Source: a virus. From it: 64,000 bases of DNA. The notes beneath the pieces were generated by a model. That model was given only the letters and a program-made list of their open reading frames with translations, was not told where the DNA came from and searched no databases. The DNA is taken from IMG/VR virus record IMGVR_UViG_3300044643_002008, positions 1-64,000 of that record. One strand, 5' to 3'. Made by a program: the position numbers and the translations under genes. Positions 7,610 to 16,797 of the stretch are shown one piece after another (position 1 is the first letter of the stretch; each line of letters begins with the position of its first letter).

Positions 7610-8062
7610 ATGGGCACAAAAGATAGTAAAACTCGCGAGCACGTTCTTCGTCAGCCTTTGAGCGAGATGATAAAGACCGCGATGGCCGCAGGAGCAAACA
7701 ACGATGAACTCCTCGAGGGAATCATGCGCACTCTTGACCAGCAGAAAATGATTTCATATTGTTCGAAAGACGAGATATCAATACTTAGCCCTGCGGGTCG
7801 TGTGCTTGTGGCAATCATGGAAGACAGCTCGATAACACAAAGGGCGCTAGCTGTATATCTTGGAGTAACTGAATCAAATATTCAGAAGTCAATTAAGACT
7901 CTTATTGATGCAGGCCTTGTAACAAAGCAGAAAGAAAAAGGTCGCAACATCTACCGAGTCAACAAGGACCGGGCGTACAAGCATCCAGATGTTTCACGAT
8001 TCTATGACGGAATACATCAAATGTCTGTTTTGGCTTCTTCTGACGATGAGTCGCCATTCTGA
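7610..8062 (+). CDS. Winged-HTH (MarR-like) regulator
   Basis: ITQRALAVYLGVTESNIQKSIKTLIDAGLV..GRNIY. Confidence 0.8.
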   Translation: MGTKDSKTREHVLRQPLSEMIKTAMAAGANNDELLEGIMRTLDQQKMISYCSKDEISILSPAGRVLVAIMEDSSITQRALAVYLGVTESNIQKSIKTLIDAGLVTKQKEKGRNIYRVNKDRAYKHPDVSRFYDGIHQMSVLASSDDESPF

Positions 8063-8385
8063 GAATCAAGCCAGGCAGCAAAGACTTCATCGGATGTAGG
8101 TATTACCCAGACTTGCCATAGCTCTGGGTCATATGGTGATTCCGATACGAGCGCCCAAGCAATCTCCAACTCAGACGCGGCAGGAACCACACCAACGTTG
8201 CAGTCAAAGCCATAGCGCATTAGAAACCACTTAACTAGGCATCCATCGATGGATTCATGGCGACAATCGGCAGAATCTTCGATTGCAGGGCACACAACAT
8301 CATCTATGACGAAGTTTGACCGATTGAGAATAATCTTCACAATGTGATGGTCGTTATGCCATTCAATTATTGATTCTTCGCTCAT
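8017..8385 (-). CDS. Hypothetical protein
   Basis: ORF of 122 aa. Confidence 0.6.
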   Translation of the reverse strand: MSEESIIEWHNDHHIVKIILNRSNFVIDDVVCPAIEDSADCRHESIDGCLVKWFLMRYGFDCNVGVVPAASELEIAWALVSESPYDPELWQVWVIPTSDEVFAAWLDSQNGDSSSEEAKTDI

Positions 8386-8444
8386 TAGATAAATTCAGGT
8401 AAACGGGTACGTCTCAATTGACGAACACGGTCATCTTATACTAA

Positions 8445-8687
8445 TCAGGCCTCTACGGTGGGTTGCTGAGTAGCTTGCCAGTCGGCTTTTGCGCAGTTTG
8501 CAGAGCAGAAAAAAGACTCTTTTCTCATTCTTACCATTCCGCGAACAACTTGACGTCCACATTGCGTACAGGTGCAGGGGCTTTGCTTTGAGCCAATAAA
8601 CTTAACTAGGGAACCGTATATCTCTGGGTCCTGGACTTTTTGTTTCGCCTGTCCTGCCATTGGCTTTGCTGGTTTTTTACCGGCCAT
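8445..8687 (-). CDS. Small Zn-finger protein
   Basis: CTQCG...FCSANC. Confidence 0.65.
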   Translation of the reverse strand: MAGKKPAKPMAGQAKQKVQDPEIYGSLVKFIGSKQSPCTCTQCGRQVVRGMVRMRKESFFCSANCAKADWQATQQPTVEA

Positions 8688-8914
8688 TAGAGCTCTCCCT
8701 TTGCGTGGTCTCTAATGTGTTGGTCCAGCTTTGATTCGTTGCGAACAACGGTTGCTTCTACCCGGTCTATTGAACGACCAAGGTTTTTACCAATGATGTC
8801 GAGTTTTTCTGAGACAACCCCGTGGTCGGCTTTGTTTTCACGACGTCCCTTTTCAACAAGGACAGCAACAACAGCGCCTACTGCAGTGATGAGAGCAACT
8901 GTAATTGCTTCCAT
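8687..8914 (-). CDS. Single-TM coiled-coil protein (holin-like/lysis cassette)
   Basis: N-terminal TM helix then a coiled coil; directly after the endolysin-like gene. Confidence 0.6.
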   Translation of the reverse strand: MEAITVALITAVGAVVAVLVEKGRRENKADHGVVSEKLDIIGKNLGRSIDRVEATVVRNESKLDQHIRDHAKGEL

Positions 8915-8920
8915 TTAGAA

Positions 8921-9451
8921 TCAAGCACCGGGTTTAGGAAGTGCGCGCCATGCTGCTTCAAACTTTGCAGCGTCTTTTGCCATTTCTGGAGAAAGCTCTA
9001 AATGGAGCCACTTTCCTCCAAAACTTCCGGCATTGTCAGCCTCGGTAAAAATTTTTACCCCAGCTTCGCCTTCGCCGCGAGAGCACCTAAAACCTCTTCC
9101 ATACCCCTGGTTCTTGTCCTTGGGGTTTGCGTCAAATGCGTAGTCGTGAATCTCTTCAATACCAAGCTCTTTGGTGTACTTGATAAACCAGTTCCACATT
9201 TCAACGCCAACCTTGCGGTCCGTGTAACCAACGTCGCATGCCGCCCCAGTGGCGTGAACGCTTAGGAACTTCTCCATACCTGGGTCGCCAATCTTCTTGC
9301 CGGCAGTCTTGGAGTTTCTCATCAATCTTGGAGAATAAATCCCCAAGTTTTTTGTTTTCCATCTCTTGCCGCAAAGCTCAACCAGCTTCTCGGTTCCAGG
9401 CTGTGCGCCTTTTCCATCAAAACTTGGGTAATAGCTATATTTTCTTGGCAT
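8921..9451 (-). CDS. Putative endolysin, M15-type Zn peptidase
   Basis: SVHATGAACD (H-x6-D) and WLHLE Zn ligands; GGAGGT RBS; flanked by membrane proteins. Confidence 0.7.
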   Translation of the reverse strand: MPRKYSYYPSFDGKGAQPGTEKLVELCGKRWKTKNLGIYSPRLMRNSKTAGKKIGDPGMEKFLSVHATGAACDVGYTDRKVGVEMWNWFIKYTKELGIEEIHDYAFDANPKDKNQGYGRGFRCSRGEGEAGVKIFTEADNAGSFGGKWLHLELSPEMAKDAAKFEAAWRALPKPGA

Positions 9452-9512
9452 GGTGACCTCCGTGTTTGGGTATCTCTATTTTAGCAAGGCTTTTATTTAC
9501 CCAGCAGAAGGT

Positions 9513-9761
9513 TTATTTGCTAGACTTCCCAGGTTTTGGTGTACCACCAAAAGCTTCTGAAATCTCATTCTTGTCAAGAACCCCATCTTCGGCGTATGCG
9601 GCCATCAGGGATTCAAGAACTCGAGCGGCAGACATGACGCCTGCTATTGCAGCGCTTTTCCAAAGCTCAACGCCAAAAACAGCGCCACCAGCTATTGCGG
9701 CCAAAGCACTAGAACCGAATACCGCGGCGATTCTTCCGCATAGTGAAATAATTGTTTCCAT
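9513..9761 (-). CDS. Holin-like two-TM membrane protein
   Basis: Two hydrophobic segments, charged tail, DGVLDKNEI. Confidence 0.6.
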   Translation of the reverse strand: METIISLCGRIAAVFGSSALAAIAGGAVFGVELWKSAAIAGVMSAARVLESLMAAYAEDGVLDKNEISEAFGGTPKPGKSSK

Positions 9762-9778
9762 GTTTTTCCTTCTATTTT

Positions 9779-9949
9779 TTAATCTTCGTCGCTACTAACG
9801 AGCAACCCGAAAAAGTAGACAGTCAAAGCAACTGCCGATATCCATATGCCATATGTTCTTGTTTGACCGCTTAGTGTTATTAGGACAAGCGCTGTTCCAG
9901 CAAGAGTCCACGAGAGGTCACTTAATCCATCTTTAATTTTTTTAAACAT
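9779..9949 (-). CDS. Small two-TM membrane protein (56 aa, absent from the ORF track)
   Basis: MFKKIKDGLSDLSWTLAGTALVLITLSGQTRTYGIWISAVALTVYFFGLLVSSDED; ATG overlaps the TGA of the upstream gene. Confidence 0.75.
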   Translation of the reverse strand: MFKKIKDGLSDLSWTLAGTALVLITLSGQTRTYGIWISAVALTVYFFGLLVSSDED

Positions 9950-11640
9950 CAGTTTCTCCTAGATACGGGTACGGGCGCACTAAATATTGCAAGAGCACTA
10001 GCGCCAATGATTACTCTTCTTGTTCCGACAGGGACGCTTGAGCCAAGAGGAACGTAGGTGTCAATCGCCCCCTGGAACACGTTTATTTCAGACTCGAGCG
10101 CCTCTCTGACCTCGGTTGGCGCGTCCTGAACAGCTGCAACCAGTTGCGCGGCTTCTTCTGTTGTTACTGCGCTGATGTCGACCGTGGCAAAGATTTCTGT
10201 TGCTTGGTCACCATCGATGCTTTGCAAAACTTTTGCACTGGTAGCAAGTTCAGTGGCCTGGTCTTCAGTAACACCGTTCTCAATAATTGATTCAACAGCA
10301 CTGGCAACTTGCTCTTCAGTAACAGTGTCGCTTTCCAGAATGCTGACAACTTCAGCAAACTGTTCGTCAGAGAGTGGCTGGTCCAGGACTGCGTCAATTA
10401 CAGAGTCAAACTTTTCATCAGAAAGAGGTTCATCAAAAACAGCTTCAAGCACTGCGGAAAGTTCTTCTGTTGAAAGTGGTTCAGAAAGAACCTCATCAAT
10501 AACAGATTCAAACTGTTCATCAGTAAGCGGCTTATCAAGAATGTCGCTCACTACTGAGCCAAGTTCTTCGGCGCTTTCAATGCTAGAAAGAATGTTGGAG
10601 ACAACATTGGCAAGTTCAGTGGCTGAAACTTCTGTTGTATCAATCTCCGCTACAGCGGCTTCGGCAACAGACTCTACTGGTGTTTCTTCCGCTGGTTCCT
10701 CTTGTTCTTCGGCATATTGTGGTACCGAGGTGACGGGTTCATTGCTTTCGGTATCACCTTGGCTCGAGGGTGTCTCAACTGGTTCCTCCGTATCTACTGG
10801 GGGTAATGTCGGAAAAACGAAAACGCTTGTAGTCGTGGTTTCCGGAATAGTGCTAGTAGTACTTGTAGTAGTTGTAGTGCTTGTAGTCGTTGTAGTACTT
10901 GTAGTCGTCGTAGGTACCGGCAAAGTTGACCCAGATACCTCATTACTCCACCCCGAATACACGGGAATAGAATCATTATCTGCACGAACCTTGAACTGGT
11001 ATTCGGTGTTAGGCGTTAAGTCTTCAACAATTGCAGATGTCTGCGTTGAAGAAATTGCCCAGCCGGAAGACCAATTGTCGTTTGAGAAAAAAACAGCGTA
11101 TCTTTCTACCTGAGTATTGGATTGTTCTGGAGCGTCCCAGGCCAGATACACCTTGTTTTGATTGGTTGATGTAATGGTTAGGTTTTGAGGATTGTTTAGA
11201 TATGGTGCGATTGTCGTAGTAGTCGTACTGGTCGTAGTCGTACTGGTCGTAGCTGCTGGCTGATTGCTTGGGCCCATACTTGGCTCAATTAGATAGGAGT
11301 TTCCGTACCATCTTTCAGGGTCTCCACAACAAACTCCGGCGCGAAGCCTGTACTGCTCTTGGGGAATCATCTGAAAAGTAACGTAAGAGTCGAGACCAAA
11401 ATGGTCATCATTTGCAACAATCACGTTGTTTTGCTCGTCGTAGACCCACAACATTGAGTCAATTCCATACTGTTGGGCGTATGTGCGTATGGTTAAGGTT
11501 GCTGGCTCCTCAGAGGTAAAGTAAAAATCTCTGTTTTCTGACGATGCGGTATAGGTTTCGGCCTTGGCTGCGGGGACAAAGCAAAGCAAAACTACTGGTA
11601 AAAACAGTATTACTTTGGGTATTTTCGATAAGTTATGCAC
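9949..11640 (-). CDS. Secreted, C-terminally anchored surface protein (PPC-like domain, FN3, Thr-rich linkers, acidic repeats)
   Basis: Signal peptide ending AKA; IDSMLWVYD..VANDD; FN3 LAWDAP..LTPNTEYQFKVRA; 17-aa acidic repeats; hydrophobic C-terminus. Confidence 0.8.
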   Translation of the reverse strand: MHNLSKIPKVILFLPVVLLCFVPAAKAETYTASSENRDFYFTSEEPATLTIRTYAQQYGIDSMLWVYDEQNNVIVANDDHFGLDSYVTFQMIPQEQYRLRAGVCCGDPERWYGNSYLIEPSMGPSNQPAATTSTTTTSTTTTTIAPYLNNPQNLTITSTNQNKVYLAWDAPEQSNTQVERYAVFFSNDNWSSGWAISSTQTSAIVEDLTPNTEYQFKVRADNDSIPVYSGWSNEVSGSTLPVPTTTTSTTTTTSTTTTTSTTSTIPETTTTSVFVFPTLPPVDTEEPVETPSSQGDTESNEPVTSVPQYAEEQEEPAEETPVESVAEAAVAEIDTTEVSATELANVVSNILSSIESAEELGSVVSDILDKPLTDEQFESVIDEVLSEPLSTEELSAVLEAVFDEPLSDEKFDSVIDAVLDQPLSDEQFAEVVSILESDTVTEEQVASAVESIIENGVTEDQATELATSAKVLQSIDGDQATEIFATVDISAVTTEEAAQLVAAVQDAPTEVREALESEINVFQGAIDTYVPLGSSVPVGTRRVIIGASALAIFSAPVPVSRRN

Positions 11641-11664
11641 GCTACACCTCTTATAAAGTGTAGC
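11641..11664 (-). promoter_or_regulatory. Hairpin containing an extended -10 element and the RBS of the surface-protein gene
   Basis: Minus strand GCTACACTTT-ATAA-GAGGTGTAGC, directly before GTG 11640. Confidence 0.55.
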
Positions 11665-11670
11665 AAAATT

Positions 11671-12156
11671 TTAACTTAGCTTTTTACCAATTACGGTTCC
11701 ATCGAGATTAACGAGGCCTAGGTTTGAGTTCTTATTAGAACTAAGCGTTGCCCAAGCTGGCCAGGAATAACCATAACCAACTTGCGGTGTGAATGTTTCC
11801 ACAATTCGTCCTATCGAGACAGAAAACTCTTTACCTTCGTGGCCAAGCAGCGGAACAAAAACACGCATTTTTTTCTCAAGCTCATTTGGGCTCCAGTTCA
11901 TACTGTCGGCATAAAAGCTTGTGCTGCCATGAATATGAATATCTAAGTTGCTTAAAGAAGATATGGAGATTTTCATACGGTTGTTGTTTTTAACCGCTGC
12001 TGTTACTACCTCAAACCAGGAATCGTCTATTCCTCTTTGTAGGGAATAAACATGATAATTAGACTCAAATGTAGATGGGTCTGGAAGATTGCTTGATAAA
12101 CGTTGACATTCATCCTCTGTAAAAAGTTTGAATGCATTAACTATATTTACGTTCAT
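11671..12156 (-). CDS. Hypothetical protein, possibly a degenerate 2OG-Fe(II) oxygenase fold
   Basis: FTEDECQRL, KKMRVFVPL and GYGYSWPAW resemble the fold's scaffold; no HxD. Confidence 0.45.
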   Translation of the reverse strand: MNVNIVNAFKLFTEDECQRLSSNLPDPSTFESNYHVYSLQRGIDDSWFEVVTAAVKNNNRMKISISSLSNLDIHIHGSTSFYADSMNWSPNELEKKMRVFVPLLGHEGKEFSVSIGRIVETFTPQVGYGYSWPAWATLSSNKNSNLGLVNLDGTVIGKKLS

Positions 12157-12512
12157 TGTTCTTCCGGTGTTTCCCATTGTTGTGTTTGTTCATTCCAAAA
12201 CCATATTCCTTCTATAGGCCTTGGCTGTGGAGGTTCCCATTTACATGTTGACTCATTTAAAGTCCATGAGGGAAATTTTTGAGGTGATATAAAAGCGTCT
12301 CTAGCAAAATCATAGGCAAACCCTACACCAGCGTAATTCTTGCGAAAGGTTCCGTTGTATGACGTTTGAATCCATCTGCCGCCAAGTAGTGATGAGCAAA
12401 ACAGAGAACCCACTTCTTCGGACTCAACCCCGTTGTCAATGCAGTCTTCGTTAGCAATAAATACCACCTGTAAGACCATGTTGTTTTCGTCTAGTTCTGC
12501 AAAATGTGCCAT
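12153..12512 (-). CDS. Tail-fibre-associated protein (partner of Gly-rich fibre proteins)
   Basis: MAHFAELDENNMV...WIQTSYN..FRKNYAG..YD..DAFI.P.FPSW.L. Confidence 0.75.
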   Translation of the reverse strand: MAHFAELDENNMVLQVVFIANEDCIDNGVESEEVGSLFCSSLLGGRWIQTSYNGTFRKNYAGVGFAYDFARDAFISPQKFPSWTLNESTCKWEPPQPRPIEGIWFWNEQTQQWETPEEQ

Positions 12513-13474
12513 TACAGCCGATACCTTAGTGCCACATATCCAGAGCCTCCGGTAGCACCTCTTGAATAGCCACTTCCTCCGCCACCACCCGTATTTACGG
12601 CTCCGGCTCCGGCATATATTCCATATGACTCATAAACTGCACCAACACCAACGCCTCCCCCTCCATAGCCACCGGTTGAGATTTGGCCTTGCCCGCCTCC
12701 GCCTCCGCCTCCGCCTCCGCCTCTTGGTATTCCTTCAGCCATCCAGACGGGTATTTCATCTGTTACTGGGTCATAGGTTGCTGGCACCCCGCCTCCCATG
12801 CCCCCATTGCCTCCAGTTTCATTGGGTGACGAGTTTCCATTGGAACCGTTGCCACTAAACCCATATTCTGGAATACCTATTCCTCCGCCGCCTCCGCCGT
12901 TATAGAAACCAGATGACCCACCATTTCCGCCTTGAGAACCAGTTCCTCTGTAGCCACCTGCTCCTGCTCCACCTCCGCAACCTCCTGAAAGGCCTGTTAG
13001 ATAATCGCCTCCGCCTCCGCCTCCAAATGCGGTTAGAGAGAATGCAGAGCTATTGGAACCGTTTGTTCCTTCTTGGTAATTTCCTCCAGCTGCTCCTCCA
13101 GCACCAACAACGATTGAATACGTTCCCACTGTCATACCTCGCAATACGGTTTGAATTTTTCCTCCCGCTCCAGCGCCTCCAGCTCCGTTTCCGTCGCCAG
13201 CTCCACCCCCTCCTCCGCCAAGTATTACTACTTCTATTTCATCTATTCCCTGATGAATCACAAATGAAGTGGTAGAGGTAAATTCATGTATTCGATATCC
13301 GTTATAGTCGGTAACAGTTCCGCCACTAGCAGATATTCTGCTAAATGGAAATCCGTCGTTTAGCCACTGGCCAACGTATGGCTTATTTAAAATAGTTTTT
13401 TTGGAACCCAGCCAAACACCTGGTAAGGACACTTGCCTAGAGGGGTTGTTTCTTTGATTCCATCTAAGGACCAT
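12512..13474 (-). CDS. Glycine-rich tail fibre/adhesin protein
   Basis: ASGG...YRIHEFT, GGGGGG runs, NTGGGGG, GGSG.V..RY. Confidence 0.8.
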   Translation of the reverse strand: MVLRWNQRNNPSRQVSLPGVWLGSKKTILNKPYVGQWLNDGFPFSRISASGGTVTDYNGYRIHEFTSTTSFVIHQGIDEIEVVILGGGGGGAGDGNGAGGAGAGGKIQTVLRGMTVGTYSIVVGAGGAAGGNYQEGTNGSNSSAFSLTAFGGGGGGDYLTGLSGGCGGGAGAGGYRGTGSQGGNGGSSGFYNGGGGGGIGIPEYGFSGNGSNGNSSPNETGGNGGMGGGVPATYDPVTDEIPVWMAEGIPRGGGGGGGGGGQGQISTGGYGGGGVGVGAVYESYGIYAGAGAVNTGGGGGSGYSRGATGGSGYVALRYRL

Positions 13475-13475
13475 C

Positions 13476-13832
13476 TCAGCTCCGAATTGCGTTTACATAC
13501 CCAGTAAGAAGGATTACGTTCGCTGCACTGGCAAAAGCTCTTACAACATGTCCGCCATTCAGCAAAAGTCCAGGGATGACTAAAATAAGGCCGGACTCTG
13601 GCTGAACCGACAGTTCAATATTTCCGTCAGCAGCAGTCGGTGTCCCCCATTCGATTGTTAATTTTGATGCGGTTGAAGATGTGTTGTTTGCGTATAGCCA
13701 AATTTCATCAAAATTGGTTGAACCAGAAACAGCAGTATGGACCATCACTGATGACATAGTGCTTGTTCCGGTCACCTTTTCTGCAAGGCCGTTTACACTG
13801 CCACTAAGAATTTGTTTTGAATAAGTAGCCAT
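13476..13832 (-). CDS. Putative virion structural protein
   Basis: beta-rich; DEIWLYA.N; sits among fibre genes. Confidence 0.6.
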   Translation of the reverse strand: MATYSKQILSGSVNGLAEKVTGTSTMSSVMVHTAVSGSTNFDEIWLYANNTSSTASKLTIEWGTPTAADGNIELSVQPESGLILVIPGLLLNGGHVVRAFASAANVILLTGYVNAIRS

Positions 13833-13836
13833 CTAC

Positions 13837-14904
13837 CTATTCTACTTCCTTGAGCTCATACCAGCCTTTACCCCAAAGACTCTGTAGGCGAGTGAAGTAC
13901 TTCTCGTACATGAGACCCACCGCGTCTAATCCGTACCTATCTTTTGAGTATTTACTAATTAGCGCCCTATCCAAAGACTTGACATTTTCTGCCGCGTCTA
14001 CAAACTCTTGCAACGTATGGCATCTATAACCGGTAACCCCGTCAATCACTGTCTCAGTAAAAGCTCCCCAGTCTGTGGAAATAACCGGAGACCCGCAGGC
14101 CATTGCCTCGATAGCTACTGTGCCAAACGGCTCTACATAAATAGTCGGGGTAAAGGTGGCAATTGCCCCACCCATGAGCTTTGCCCGCTCTTCTGTCCCA
14201 ACTACCCCTACGTACTCCCCGTAGGAGGGCGGAGTACCCTGTCCAGCGACTACCAGACGCTTTCCTAGGGCCTTACAGACGTCTACGGCTATCTGATAGC
14301 CCTTCCGCTCTATAAGTCGTCCTATGTACAGGTAGTAGTCCTCTGGCTCCTCCTGGAAAGGAAAGTCGTCAACATCTATGTAGCTCGGGATTACGGTGTC
14401 GTAGAACTTGCCGTCGAGGGCGTGAGGGTCGGTCACCTTGGAGCCATAGCAGGAGTGCATCCAGGCATAGGACTCGAAAACCTTGTACTGAGCAAACGAG
14501 CCTCCGTAGCCAATCCCGAACTCAACGCTGAGCTCCTGCGGAAAAGCATCTGCAATTGGTTTTGAGGCATAGCCGGCGATAAGGCAGATAAAATCCTTGT
14601 GCTCTAAACGTTCCTGGATTCCCTTAATAACATTGTCATTGAATTTAACCCAGTGAGGGAGACTCCAATTAAACGACGCGGCGGAGTAGTGATTGCCCCC
14701 TACTGCTGCTAGACGCTCTTCCTCTGTAATGCACTGAACATGTTCGTCACAGGGAGCTTCGTTGAATTCGCCTCCATACAGAAAAACTGTATGACCGAGG
14801 TTTTTCATCATTATGCAGAACTTGCGGACCTTTTCCGTATAAGCACAGGCTGTGAAGTCTTCGGTCGTGTTTGTGTGAGGTAGTGAAACCACATGAAATC
14901 TCAT
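13837..14904 (-). CDS. Glycosyltransferase family 4 (GT-B)
   Basis: YIGRLIERKG and EPFGTVAIEAMACGSPVI (E-x7-E). Confidence 0.93.
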   Translation of the reverse strand: MRFHVVSLPHTNTTEDFTACAYTEKVRKFCIMMKNLGHTVFLYGGEFNEAPCDEHVQCITEEERLAAVGGNHYSAASFNWSLPHWVKFNDNVIKGIQERLEHKDFICLIAGYASKPIADAFPQELSVEFGIGYGGSFAQYKVFESYAWMHSCYGSKVTDPHALDGKFYDTVIPSYIDVDDFPFQEEPEDYYLYIGRLIERKGYQIAVDVCKALGKRLVVAGQGTPPSYGEYVGVVGTEERAKLMGGAIATFTPTIYVEPFGTVAIEAMACGSPVISTDWGAFTETVIDGVTGYRCHTLQEFVDAAENVKSLDRALISKYSKDRYGLDAVGLMYEKYFTRLQSLWGKGWYELKEVE

Positions 14905-15563
14905 GACTGGATGTTATCCTGGGCGACGCTTCCTACAGAGCCAATACGAGAATCTATTCTGTCGCTACTGCCAGGGTAGATGTTTCTCAACTTCTCACCG
15001 TCTGCCGTCGTTATAGCACCGCCATGAATTACTTTGCCAGGGCTAAATCCGTAACAAGCGTTAATCACGTCGCACACGCCAAACATTGCAATCGATAATC
15101 TTTTGCGACGCCACTTTTCAGCCGTAGTTATTTGCTGAATCATTGGGTCGCCTGCGCGCCAGTTAATCATTGAGGCCCATGTAGACATGTATTCTTTTTC
15201 AAGAACGCGAGAAGCCTCAGCGCCTTCTAGTACTGTTCCCCACGGATATCTGCCATCTGCAAAACCAAGCAATATAAAATGTGCTGGCTGAATATGTCTG
15301 CCATCAAGAAGAACAAACCACATTTTGGTCATTTCTTCTTCAGGGCCAAACACTTCCTCTCGGTAGTAATTCGCTATGAGGCGGCCATCTTCGTCAACTT
15401 CTCCCCAGCCCCAAAGGGTTTTTTTGCCAGGAAGTTCCTCGTCTGCGGTGTACCACCTCTTCGGTGGAAGCTCACCGTCAGTTGAAAGCCAACGGATATC
15501 GAGGAAACGGTCGTTAAGTTTTTTGCCTGTATCAACGGCATATGTAGAAGGTAGGTTTGCCAT
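14901..15563 (-). CDS. Hypothetical protein, possible GNAT-like acyltransferase
   Basis: IQQITTAEKWRRKRLSIAMF resembles GNAT motif A; HGGAITTADGEKL follows. Confidence 0.45.
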   Translation of the reverse strand: MANLPSTYAVDTGKKLNDRFLDIRWLSTDGELPPKRWYTADEELPGKKTLWGWGEVDEDGRLIANYYREEVFGPEEEMTKMWFVLLDGRHIQPAHFILLGFADGRYPWGTVLEGAEASRVLEKEYMSTWASMINWRAGDPMIQQITTAEKWRRKRLSIAMFGVCDVINACYGFSPGKVIHGGAITTADGEKLRNIYPGSSDRIDSRIGSVGSVAQDNIQS

Positions 15564-15575
15564 ACGGCAAGACTA

Positions 15576-16262
15576 TCAGTCGTCGGCGAACCAAGGCTCC
15601 CAAGGCTTAGCCGAGTCAACTTCAATGCTGTGAATACCAGTGTAGGCAACCGAGATTGTGACCTTTGCGTCGTCTTCGTAGCCAGTCCAATCACCCTCAG
15701 AGTTGTAAACCCACAACTGAAGGAATTCGTCGGTATTCATGATTGCCACATTTGCAAGGTAGGTCTGTGCGTCAAACTCTTCTTCGCTCCAACTGGTGTT
15801 GATTGCGCGAGCCTTGTCAATGAGTGGCTTAGCGGTGCTGCGAAGGCTTAATTCATTTCCGAAATACCCTGAACTTGTGGAGAACGCACCAAATCTGCCT
15901 TCAGCATCGTCTGGGTTTCCAAGCCACATTGTTGGCTTAAGAAGGTCGCTTGGCCCATCAGAGTAACCAACATCCTCAAAGCCATACATGTAATCGCTTG
16001 GGTTGTCGGTGTTGTCGTGTTGAGTCTTGGAGTTCTTTGTCTTGCTTGCTGCAAGCACCAAAGTTCTTTCAGTCGTCAAAAGGTCCACAGTTTCCCCGTC
16101 GCCCTGCCAAAGACCTGATGTATTACCAAACATCTGCTGTGTAGTAAACCAAATGGACTCAATCTTGACTGGGAATGGAAAAGACACATTCAGGAAAGAA
16201 GGGTTATTGATTTTTACGGTCCAGTCGTAATTGACAATCGATAATGGGATAATTCCAGACAT
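15576..16262 (-). CDS. Hypothetical acidic protein
   Basis: AGGAGA RBS; upstream TGTCATAAT element. Confidence 0.7.
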   Translation of the reverse strand: MSGIIPLSIVNYDWTVKINNPSFLNVSFPFPVKIESIWFTTQQMFGNTSGLWQGDGETVDLLTTERTLVLAASKTKNSKTQHDNTDNPSDYMYGFEDVGYSDGPSDLLKPTMWLGNPDDAEGRFGAFSTSSGYFGNELSLRSTAKPLIDKARAINTSWSEEEFDAQTYLANVAIMNTDEFLQLWVYNSEGDWTGYEDDAKVTISVAYTGIHSIEVDSAKPWEPWFADD

Positions 16263-16337
16263 TTGCTCTCCTATTGATTAATAGCTGGAGTAATTATGAC
16301 ATATTTTTGCCTGCTTCTAGGAAGAAACTAAGGGCTG

Positions 16338-16619
16338 TCAACCCCACCAGAAATGTTTCAATATGGAAAGACTGGCCAAGATGACCCATGCCACATTAAA
16401 TAAGATGATTGTTGGCAGCGTCTTGCGAGTCGATGTCCAGATGAGTGCCACGCTTGAAATAATGGCAAAGATGTACAGCCACCAAAACTGTTTGCCAAGA
16501 AGAAGGCCGGGGAAGATGATGGCAATCTTGGTTGCAAACCCCCAAGCCTCGACCGTATTGACGCGGTTCCAGTAGCTCTTTGAGCTCATCGTTTTTACAG
16601 CATTAAGAATCTTGTTCAT
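16338..16619 (-). CDS. Small multi-TM membrane protein
   Basis: Three hydrophobic segments. Confidence 0.7.
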   Translation of the reverse strand: MNKILNAVKTMSSKSYWNRVNTVEAWGFATKIAIIFPGLLLGKQFWWLYIFAIISSVALIWTSTRKTLPTIILFNVAWVILASLSILKHFWWG

Positions 16620-16797
16620 CTTTTATCCTTTTCCGCTCAAGCTGGTCAAGGTGCCAAAGAAGAACCATGGACTTTCCGCCAAGAAAATGAACTTTCCACA
16701 AGAACTCTTTCCAGCCCTCTTCCGTGTTGGGGAAGTACTTGTTGTCGGTTCTGTACCTATAGTTGTCTGCCTGGAAGGTGTAAGTGTCCTCAGTCAC
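16603..16797 (-). CDS. Hypothetical protein
   Basis: Likely GTG 16797, overlapping the end of the upstream gene. Confidence 0.55.
   Translation of the reverse strand: MTEDTYTFQADNYRYRTDNKYFPNTEEGWKEFLWKVHFLGGKSMVLLWHLDQLERKRIKDEQDS

Noticed and set aside
10829-10912. GTA/GTC/GTT short tandem repeats
   Set aside because: They encode the poly-Thr linker; not a CRISPR array or contingency locus
10175-11113. 312-aa plus-strand ORF
   Set aside because: Antisense shadow of the Thr/Glu-rich surface protein
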